From NCBI RefSeq assembly GCF_036321535.1, contig NC_087437.1, positions 80,106,001 to 80,170,000 of the forward strand: DNA of 64,000 nucleotides, read 5' to 3'. Below are positions 13,469 to 24,117 of the stretch, one piece after another. A model generated the notes under the pieces. It did no database searches and was not told the origin of the DNA. It was given only the letters and a program-made list of their open reading frames with translations. A program made the translations under genes and the position numbers. This stretch comes from Camelus dromedarius. Taxonomy: Eukaryota. The first letter of the stretch is position 1, and each line of letters begins with the position of its first letter.

Positions 13469-15487
13469 TTAAACTCTAAAAGATGCATGAGCAAGACAAG
13501 GTACAGGAAAAGCAAAACATTCACACCACTGGTAGTGAGCCCCTGCTTGACTCCTGCTACAATGACATTTTAGTTCACTTGTCTATCAACTAGGAAAACT
13601 GCATAAGGTCCAGGTGACCATGCAATGCAGAGATAAGGTGAGGGTCCTCCCCACCTAAACCTTCTAAAATCAGAGCTGGAAAAGTAGAGAATGAGGCAAG
13701 ATCAAAGTTCCCCTAAATTCCATCATACAAGAAGACTAAAATCTTTTTAAATTTTCTTTACAATGTGGTAGATCTACCTAAAAAGAACAAAAATAGGAAA
13801 ATTAATCGCTCTATCTCTGTACTGTCAAAACTGAATGGGAATATTAAAATTTGTGAAGGGGCAATCAGAATGGGTGACTGTGCAAAATTAAACTGTAAAT
13901 TTAAAAATCTGAAATATTATAAGTGGGTAAGGGACTGTAAAATATAAATTTTCTACAAATGAAACTTCTCCAGATTCTGACTATTATGGTCTGTTTCTGG
14001 GGAAAAAAAGGAAACCACATTCACATAGCTTCAATTATCTTTCACATTATTGGAAAGATACTGTAAGGTAGATATTAGAGCAACTTGCTAACTATGAAAT
14101 GATACCATCAAAGCAAATGCTATTAAACAAAATGAAACGTTATAAACTATTGTAATTAGAGAAGAACAATTTAAATAATCCATAAACGTTTTTTAAAACG
14201 ATAAAACTATTCTTATAGGATTTACAGCTCCATTTGCTCCTTCCCCCCCATCTGGTAAATTCATCCAGCTACTTATTTATTTATTAAAGTGCTTTAATCG
14301 TGGGAACTGATCCATCATCACATTTCATTAAAGGCAGTCTTGAGCTGAGCACAACAGAAGAAGGTCATGATTGTGCTTCAGAGCTTCCCTACAATTAGAC
14401 ACTCACTAAAATGAAATGACTCCATCATTGATTAAATAGGTTTTTATAATTAAATAGGCTTTACTTAAACTAGTAAAACTGACAGACAAAAATACGTTCT
14501 TCTGCTTTATTCAGCATAAGCAAGTCCCTGTTTGCATCCTGGATTTTTCATCTATTTTTAAACATTTTTAAAACTTGTGATCAGTTTTTCCTATATGCAA
14601 AGCAATTATATATCTTTAAAGTACTGTATAAGGAAGGACCCATTCATTTGCAAATGAAGAAGGGGGCCACACTAAGTTCAAGTGAATTGGTCAAGGTTCA
14701 ATCATAATAATAATTTATGAATGGATGTTTTTAAATTCCAGGACTCTACCAAAGAGTTTAAAAGAAAGCATTATGTGAAATGAGGCTATTGCATTATTCC
14801 TCTAATACATGATGTCTCAGAACCAAGAAGTCAAAGATGGCCAAAAGGTGTGAAAATATGAGGAGTTGAAGGATTAATAATCAAAAAATCTTTTAGCAAC
14901 TACAAAGACCAGAACTAAAATACAGTTCCCTCCATGCAGCCATGGTCTGGTTCACGAGCCACACACTTGCACAGCCTCCATTTTTATTACTCATTAGAAA
15001 GCTTTTAATCCAATTTATAGAACACATTACCTAAAACTTACACAGCTCTACTATCAGTGTTGTCAGCTTGCACACACTATCAGAGATTATTTTTTTGAAA
15101 TTATTCTTATCGCCAGAAGTAATGAAAAAAGTAGTATACAATAAAAGATCTCAAAGAAATAAGCAATGAAAGCTGCGCTCACCCATCTAGATATGGACTC
15201 TGTGTTTCAGTATGCTTCTCATTACATATCTCAGAGAAGCCTTGTTGATGGTATCCGGTAAGGAGAACATCCTCTTCATTGATTCAACCCCCAAACCAGC
15301 CCCAATTCTTCTGTTAGCAATTACAGCCAACAAAAAGCTATGTAATTTATTGACAAGGAGTGTCATCAATCCACTAATCCAGACACTGTTCAGTAAATCT
15401 TTTGTGCAGATTTAAACAAGCACAGAAATGAGAAAGACAAGGGAAAAAATGGAGAATAAGAAAAAGCAACTGAAAGTTTTTTTTAGA

Positions 15488-15615
15488 TCATTCAATCATT
15501 TGTCCTATGAAGGTTTATTGAGTGTCTATTTTGTACTAGGCACAGGCTACATGCCAAAGACCCTGTGGAGAAGCAAGCAGGCATGGCCTCTGCTCTGGTG
15601 GGGGTTACCACTAAA
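15488..15615 (-). mobile_element. L2 3' end fragment
   Basis: cattcaatcatt..tttattgagtgtctattttgtactaggcac..ggcctctgctct. Confidence 0.65.
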
Positions 15616-15723
15616 TGCCAGAGAAATATTCTTTAATTCCACTCAATCACTTTTGAAACTAGTAATAGAGAACAAAATATAATGAAGGCAAAATTTCACT
15701 CCTCTTTCTTCTCCTTTCTTGCT

Positions 15724-15940
15724 AGTCATCAGACACTGAGAGTCTGAATCCAGTGGTTAGTGACCTCTGGCAAGTTACTTGACTTCTACGTGCCCATGTT
15801 CTCACAATAAAATGGGAGGAATAATTGCACTTATCTTAAAGCGTTATTGTCTTACCTACCTTAAAGATTAAATGAGCTAATTAACATAAAATACGATGTA
15901 AGACACTGTGTGGCACATGGTAGGACTTAATAAATGTTAG
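15724..15940 (+). mobile_element. MIR SINE
   Basis: tgacctctggcaagttacttgacttct..taaaatggga..gattaaatgag..tggcacatggtaggacttaataaatgttag. Confidence 0.85.
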
Positions 15941-18064
15941 AAATTTGCTGTTATAACAGTTCTTATGATTTTTATTACAATTTCTCTGACATATCCTTAA
16001 GTAGTTAAGGCAAAATTCACAAAAGATAGTGACTGCCTCGATGCTACGAAGCCCTGGTAAGTAGAGAGCTAGCTCATTAACAGAACCCTTGTATCAGGGG
16101 GCCTCAGTATGTGCAGGGTAAGGCAAGTTTTACCCACCATACAACTGGGAAGATCTGCTCTGGATAACTAGTGGCACACAACAGCCAAGGGCTATTTGCC
16201 TAGGGGGCTGAGAGCCACTTTCAGCGGGGAAAAGTAACTCATCATTAGAAGTAAGAGAGCTGGGCCCACAAATCTGGTGCAAGGCTACAGGGCCAGAGTG
16301 AGGATGGTGAAGAGATGCTGAGCACTGCAAAAATCTCCCTCAAATGCCTATTCAGTCAGCTCCTGGGCTCTTTCTCCAGGCTTAGAATGGGATAAACTAG
16401 AAGAGGGAGTAAAAAGTAAATCTTCTCCCCCTAGTTGGATCTCCATGAGCAAGTTCAAAGTGTCAGCAACATCAATGTCAGCGGATCCCCCTAAGACACG
16501 GGTGGGCACTGCGGGCAGCAGAGGGACCCTTTGCAGGCTTGACTGGTCCAGGGGCAGCTTTTGGTTCTAGAGCCCACAGGACCCCCTCCACGGCAAGCCA
16601 GCGCTGAGCAGGGCACCCACAGCAGGTACCGGGGGTGACAAAGGGCACTGGTTCCCAGAGGTCATGTGAAACTTCCTCCTCTGAAACCCAGTGCATTTGG
16701 GTGAAGAGTCTGAGCATTTCTAGACTTTCTGCAAAACAGGCATTAGTTTATCCCCACAGAAATACCAATTTGTGTCTGTTACTTTAACGCTGTTGTTATG
16801 CCTCAATTTATGTGGTTTAGGATATTTTAATTCTACTGCTCTTTAAAAAGCACTTTAGAATTTTTTTAATGGGTAAACGTTTTCAAAATGTATTATTAAA
16901 GTGTTTCAATTCCTACTTAGAGTTTGGAAGCAGCAATATTTTTCTTGCTTATGTTCAACGGAGAATATACCTTACTTCCTTTCCTGGGAAGTAAAAAGTG
17001 CTTTGTGTCATTTTTACAGAATATAAGCTTTACTGTCATGAAGCAATTCCCCATCCTGCATCATTTTTGGCACACTGATAATACTACTTTTAATTGGGGT
17101 TGTGGTTTAGTAACTATAAGCACAAAAGATACTGTTTTCTAATATTTGTCTCCAGGGTGATTTAAATTAATCCAGGAGATAGACTCCATCCTTGAGCAAG
17201 AGATAACTTCCAGGCTGAGGGAAGCTTGAAAGTTAAAAATTAGACATCCTTAGCTCAATCCCTGCCTAGCTTTTTGTCTCCTGCTAAGCTGAGTGATTTT
17301 TAAGTAAGTGAATTTTTAACAGACACACTAAAACATGGTTCCCAGTGCACTCTCCTTCAAAAAAGTTCATACATTTGAGAACTAACTACTTATTCTGATA
17401 AAGGTGGTTGTTACTCAAATCTTTATTAGAATTGATTTTGGAAAAAATTTCAGAGCAAGTTTACAAACTATGCAAAACACCAGACTCATCAATATAAATT
17501 ATATGATCTATCCTGATCTTCAGTTTAACAATCAGATTTAGTTCAGAATCCCTTCTGACCACTAAAGAAGAATGGGAACTCCCTAAGTAAGAATATTTTC
17601 ACTGAAGTTTTTCAGAAGGAAATTCCCTGAAGGACATAACTAATGAGACTTGCAGCAATGTCTTCCGTGATAATAAAATGGTTATAAATGTTTGTAATTT
17701 CCTGATGAATTTTTAAGAGGCAAGATTCTCATCTGTACAAGCTAGAAATATGCATTACAGAATACAAGTAATTTACAAACGTCTATCACAAACATGAGTT
17801 TCAGCAAGGCTGAAACAAAAAAAAAATTGTATTTTGGAAGTGGTCATTTTGAAAATTGTGACCAAACAATCCTAAAAATACTTTATACAAGGCTTTTGTA
17901 AAATCCTTTTCTGTGATTAAGTTTTGCAGAGTATCTACCAGTAAAAGAAAAAGTCAAACCAGTGACATTCCACTAACTCTACTCTCCTGTTCACAGCCTT
18001 CTTGACTTCAGGTTTGGTATATTGGATTTTGCTGATGGATTGTCTACGCATGGTGTTCTGGGTA

Positions 18065-18378
18065 CAGTCAACATTTTGTATCCATGGATTCTGCATCTGT
18101 GAATTCAACCAACCTTGAATTTAAAATATTTGAAAAAAATTCAGAAAGTTCAAAAAAGTAAAACTTTTAATCTGCTGCATGCCAGCAACTATTTACGTAA
18201 CATTTACATTGTACTAGTATTGTAAGTAATCTAGAGATGATTTAAAGTATACAGGAGACTGTGCGTAGGTTATATGTAAATACTGTGCCATTTGATGTAT
18301 AGAACTTGAACATCCGCAGATTTTGGTAACCAAGGCAGCTCCTGGAACCAATCCCCCATGGTTACCAAGGGACAGCTG
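18065..18378. mobile_element. MER2-type Tigger-derived MITE, full length
   Basis: TA TSDs at 18063-18064 and 18379-18380, CAG..CTG termini, MER2 motifs taagtaatctagagatgatttaaagtatac and ctggaaccaatccccc. Confidence 0.9.
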
Positions 18379-19592
18379 TAAGATAGAATTGTTTTTCCTG
18401 GGTAGCTTGAGTTAGTTTTTAAGTTTAAAACTTTTCTTTTACTTTTAAAAATCCTCATACAGATAGACCAAGTAGGCTAAAAATCAAGCTGACTATCAAA
18501 GTTATATTTTATCAAGTTATTAGATGAACTTCTCAATCACCCTTAATGAGAAAGTGATGAGCTCAAGTGGGACACAATGTATGTACTGACCTATGTCAGT
18601 CAGGAAATGAAGAAAGCCGTATTTCTGATGAAAGGCACATTTTCTTAGAAAGAGTTCCAGTCACAAGGAACCTAAATAGATATTTCTTCAAAAAAGATAT
18701 ACAGATGGCTAATAGGTACATGTAAAGATGACCAACATCACTAATCATCAGGAAAATGCAAATCAAAACCACAGTGATATATAACCTCACAGCTGTTAGA
18801 ATGTCTATTATCAAAAAAACCAGAGCTGACAAGTACTAGCGAGGATGTAGAGAAATGGGAACTCTTATGCACTGTTGGTGGGGATGTAAATTGGTGTAGC
18901 CACTATTGAAAACAGTATGGAGGTTCCTGAAAAAATTAAAAATACAACTACTATGTGACACAGCAATTTCACTTCTGGGTATTTACCCAAGGAAAACAAA
19001 AACAGTCATTTGAAAAGATACATGCACCTCAGTGTTCATCACAGCATTATTTATGATAGCCAAGACAACGAAACAACCTAAGTGTCCACCAGTGGATGAA
19101 TGGATAAAGAAAAGGAACTATGAAATATAGACATATCACATACATACACACACTGGAATATTATTCAGCCATAAAAAAGAAGGAAATCCTGCCATTTGCA
19201 ATAGCATGGATGAACTTAGAGGGCATTGCGTTAAGTAAAATAAGTCAGACAGAGAATGATAAATACCATATGATCTCATTTATATGTAGAATATAAAAAA
19301 AGCAAAGTCACCAAAACAGAGTAGATTGGTGGTTGCCTGAGGCAGGAGAATGGGGGAAATAGGGAAAGGTGTTCAAAGGTACAAATTTTCAGTTATAAGA
19401 TGAATAAATTCTGAGGAAGCAATTTACAGCCTGGTGACTATAGTTAACAATACTGTATTGTACACTTGAAAGTTGCTAAGGGAGTAGATCTTCAAAGTAC
19501 CTACCAGAAAAAAAAAAAAGTAACTATGTGAGGTGACGGATGCACTAACTAGCCTTACTGTGGTAATCAGCATGCAAAATGTAGCATATCAA

Positions 19593-19931
19593 GGACCTAG
19601 AGATTATCATACTAAGTGAAGTAAGCCAGAAAGAGAGAGACAAATGCCATACGGTATCACTTACATATGGAAATGAAAATATGATACAAATGAACTGATT
19701 TACAAAACAGAACCAGACTCACAGACATAGAAAATAAACCTATGGTTACTAAAGGGGAAAGGAGTTAGGGGAGGGATAAATTAGGAGTTTGGGATTAGCA
19801 GGTATGGTTTTCAGTTTTTTTTTTCCTACATCATTTACATCATTATCTCAAACACTGCAAAGACAGAGTAAAGGAATAAGGCTCAGTGATAACTTGTTAA
19901 CATTTTATACATTTTATATACAGCAAACAGC

Positions 19932-20001
<70 letters not shown>

Positions 20002-20213
20002 TATATTTAGCAAACATACATATATATTTTATCTATATAAAATAGATAAACAGCAAGGTCCTACTGTATAGCACAGGGAACTATATTCAATATCTTACAA
20101 TAAACCATAGTGTAAAAGAATCTTAAAAAGAATATATGTATATGTATAATTGAATCACTTTGGTGTACACCTGAAACTCACACATTATAAATCAACTATA
20201 CTTCAATTTTTTT
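19593..20213 (+). mobile_element. Younger artiodactyl-type L1 3' end nested in the older L1
   Basis: ggacctagagattatcatactaagtgaagtaag..gactcacagacatagaa..ctactgtatagcacagggaac; co-linear with the copy at 54008-54680. Confidence 0.9.
19935..20006. repeat. (AT)n-(AC)n microsatellite
   Basis: About 25 AT units followed by an AC run. Confidence 0.95.
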
Positions 20214-21294
20214 AAAGTATGTATATCAAATCATCATGATGTACACCTTAAACTTACACAGTGTTATATGTAAATTATATCTCAGTAAAGCTGAAAAAAG
20301 TAAAAAGAAAGGGGTTCATTCATATGCATATGGGAGAAATGATAACTCGAGCTTCTGGCACAGTCCTTGGATCAGACTGTCTGACCCAGAGGTCTGATAC
20401 ATAATAGCTTTATCAGAAATACCAAACTCACCACCGTTTGCCCATGACAGTCAGGGGATTCTGGCTACACATATGAAAGCAGAGGATGGACAATCTACTA
20501 TCGACATATGGAAGATGTATGACTGCAGCCCCTGATGATCAAGAAGAAAGCAGGGGCTGGAAGGCTACCAAGAGCAGACAGCTCTCCTTCTCTCTGCAGG
20601 CATACATGCAAAATAAATCATGCCTGAGAAGGTGATTAATGTTTTATACTTTTCTACTTCTCTTTCCAATAAAATTAAATTAACATACATCTAGTTACTT
20701 ATGAGACTGAGTTCTTACTGCTTTCTCAAAGGCTTACTATTTATGAATGTGGTTAGTTGCTGCGCTTTTTACATCTCTTTAATGGCCTTGATAATGGTGA
20801 AGACATTAGACGTTATTGTGTTTTCTCCATTTAGTGGGCTTTATTTATCTTAGACGATGGGCTGAGGGTGGGGAAGAGAGCTGACAAACAGAGCCATTCC
20901 TAGGCTCCCCCTCTCTCCCTTCCAATGGCAGGTAGGGGTGCAGTCCTGACTGCTTTGGACAGAGCAGCCCTAAGTGAACTGTGCTGTTGGTCAGCTGACA
21001 CACTGATCTAGAGTGAAACTTGTATGAGATCAAGTGTAGAATGCTGGCTATTCTGCCTCAAACTTTCATGTAGTTTCATACACTGTCATTTCATCTACTT
21101 GACATTGGTACTGAATCGTAAATCACTTCCCTTGAACACTTAACCAGGATTGGATCCTGTTTTTTATACTTCTAATACAATGGTGATGTGTAGATGTCCT
21201 CAATGTTAACAAGTTATATCTGAGCCTTATTCTTTGACTCTGTGTTTGGAGTGTTTGAGGTAATGATGTAAATGATGTGGAAAAAAAAAAATGA

Positions 21295-21481
21295 GAGTCA
21301 AAGTCCCAGGCCCCCTTCCTATTATCTGAGTGATCTGGTCAAGGTTTCTCATCTCTCTAAATCTCAGCTTCCTCATCTGTAAAATAATTAATTATCGGCC
21401 TCATAGCGTGGTTGTGGGGATAAATCAAGTCCACACGGTTAAAACACTTAACACGTAATAAACACTTAACAACTGGTAGCC
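21295..21481 (+). mobile_element. MIR SINE
   Basis: ctcagcttcctcatctgtaaaat..cctcatagcgtggttgtggggataaat. Confidence 0.85.
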
Positions 21482-22394
21482 ACCATTAAATATTTTTAAT
21501 GTCACAACTACTGATAATAAATTGACAAATTCTATACAATTAATCTTATAATTTACTAATATGTTGATAAATTAGGAAGCTCTATAACTTTATTATATTA
21601 TATATGATATATGAATTCATTATATATTTACTTAACAGCCACCTCACACAAAAAAATAATGAAACTGCATTTTCTTAAATGTGCTTTTAGAAGATTGGTG
21701 GTAATAGGTATAATGTAGCGGAGAATAGAAATAATTAAGAATAGAAAATAATCTACAGATATATCTAGGTGTTGTCAACACATGAATCTCACAAATGCTC
21801 AGTTTTATAAAAACCAGCCATGACTTAGAACCCATTATGGTGACAATACACATGTAGCCATTGTAAACAGGGGATCAAGCTTCTAATTCCAGAATGTGAG
21901 TTTGCTTCTGTATCATTTTAAGACATATTTTTATATTCTCAGGTGTCAGATTTTAATGATATTAGGTTTTACAGGTTTTCTTATTTTCAATTTTTCTCTA
22001 ATAAAATTTTTATATAATATTATAAATAAATAAAATAAATAAATATAATTAGCATGCATGCATATATAACATAATTTTGATTTAACTAATCAGAACATAT
22101 TGAAGACTTTGTCAATCTAATAAATGCATCCTAGGTAATTTTCATAAATGTACTTTTCAAAATTATGAAAAATAATAATACTTGTGCAAATAAATGAAGC
22201 AGTTGGTATGTTGCTATTTCAATTTCCTCTGTCAGCATATTCTCAGGGATTCCTGAACAGCAGGAATCCTTCTGGAGAAGATTCTTTTTATTGGGATAGA
22301 TATCCTCCAACATACGCAGCAACTTAGGCAGTTAAAAATGTAAGACCACAGACGTGAATGTAAAGAATGACAGCTTAGTAACAAGATAGACTGA

Positions 22395-23130
22395 GACAGT
22401 GCTCAGGAAAATGAACAGTTCTCCTGGCTTGAGTAAAGGATAAAGATTGTTTTGAAGCAAATTTCATTCCAGGAGGAGGACAATGTCTTGCTCACCCAGC
22501 AACTGTCCATCTTTGACTTTGGTAAAGAACAGTAGCCACTGATACTGAGACACCAGGCATTATCAGACATGAGGGACTTGGGGAAAGCACAGTTGCATGG
22601 ACTAAGAAGATGGTGAGACAAGAGTGGGAGGGAAGAGAAAAATGGGCATTCTTAATGATTCTATTCTTTGATGAGTTTCATAAAAAGAAGTTTGTCTCTA
22701 TCTCAGGAATACATTCAAATTGCTGTGAAATATGATCAATGTTTCAACATATGTACTAAGATATACCTTCTCCTAGGTAGGCCTAATTGTCATGGTATAG
22801 CTGTGTACTCACAGTAAGGCAGTCCAGGGAGAAACGGTGGTGACAGGACCTGACACAAACCCACAGAGCTGGGCAAGCACGGGCACAAGCTCAGAGGATG
22901 GCAGAGTCTGGGAAGGTAAGGTATGGTGGCCAAGGGCTCACGCATTCTCAAGCACAATCAGGGTACTTAATAAGTACCGTTTCCAAGGAGTATGAAGTGT
23001 GCCAACAGGTGGTGAAAAACAGCAAGGAGAGAATTCAGAGATAGTGCTATTCCAAAACCCAGAATGGCAACAGGCATCAGGAAGGCTGCTGGGTGTTAAC
23101 AGGTGGCCTCCATACCCAGGAAGGAAGCAA
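22395..23130 (-). mobile_element. Highly degraded L2 fragments (probable)
   Basis: Purine-rich + strand with faint antisense-L2 motifs (gacttt..agccactga; gagatagtgctattccaaaaccc..gtgttaacagg). Confidence 0.35.
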
Positions 23131-24074
23131 GGCTCCCAGGCTTTAAAGGGTCTTTGAAGAAGATACAAGATTTTAGTATAAAATGTGAAATGGTGATCAA
23201 TGCAGAAGCCCAATATGATCAACTGAGGCTCACAGAGTGATCCTGGATTCAGAAAATCAAGTGCAACAAACCTATTTATTCTCTGTCAGAGGGAACTGTG
23301 ATGTAAGAGCTGTGAGAGAGCCCTACTAATCACAGAAAGAACAGATGTTCCAGGTGAGTTTTGCAGCCAGAATGGCTCAATGGCTATAGCCTCAGTCAGC
23401 ACAGAAAGAAGGGCAATCCAACGCAAAGACTCAGCCAAACTGAAACGGATAGACTGGAACTCTTTAAATTCTTTCCTAATTACAACATGTGCTTATCAGA
23501 GAAGTGGGATATGGCCTATCTGGTAAGGTAGGCATGGTATCCGGGGACGGAGTGATCTGAGGCAAGCTGGGTATATGATAGATCTGAGATGCCAAGGACC
23601 TGCAAGTGGCGAGACCAGTGAGCTTGCCTGTGAAGAAGCTGGAGCAAGCAGAGGCAGGAGGATTGAGATGTGAGCCAAGGCAGATGGTGTGACACAGAGA
23701 CTCTGTGTGCAGAGACAGTGAGGAATATGCTACATCAGCTGAGAATACAGGATGCAACAGTGCCTTTATGTTGTGTTTGGAGAAGAAAACATAAAGGAAG
23801 CTGAATCCCCGAAAGAGAAACAGAGCTTCCGAGTTTCAAGGATTCTTAAAACAAGTCAAGGCCGACCTCTGAGATGAGTATATGGATTTGGCTTGAATAC
23901 ATTCCCAAAAGTTTATTTAAGAGCTGTGGTGTGCTGACATTGTCCCTTCCCTGCTAGAAGCATCTTATCAACCCTCCAAAGCCTGGTTCTTGGTACATGC
24001 GGCCTGTCACCTCCCAGTTTCACAATCAGCTTGGAGCTCTACCAGATTCTCAAGGTCTCCTTGGTATGAAACCT

Positions 24075-24076
<2 letters not shown>

Positions 24077-24114
<38 letters not shown>
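24077..24114. repeat. (GT)19 microsatellite
   Basis: Perfect GT run. Confidence 0.97.

Positions 24115-24117
<3 letters not shown>

Larger units (their letters stand above)
18664..20305 (+). mobile_element. L1 3' portion (L1MA9-like; ORF2 C-terminus and 3' UTR), interrupted by a younger L1
   Basis: Canonical gaaaatgcaaatcaaaaccaca..ggatgaatggataaagaaa; 3' UTR resumes near 20214; degenerate TSD 18647-18663 / 20306-20322 (13/17). Confidence 0.9.

Noticed and set aside
22247..22269. 9-bp hairpin GGATTCCTG-aacag-CAGGAATCC (similar small ones at 1686-1712 and 55823-55847)
   Set aside because: Short stems; a few are plausible by chance or trivial slippage in 64 kb, with no other support
23130..23900. 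Possible RTE/R4-type LINE or processed pseudogene in purine-rich DNA
   Set aside because: Manual translation gave only faint, inconsistent motif resemblances; needs an nhmmer/Dfam search and cannot be supported by eye
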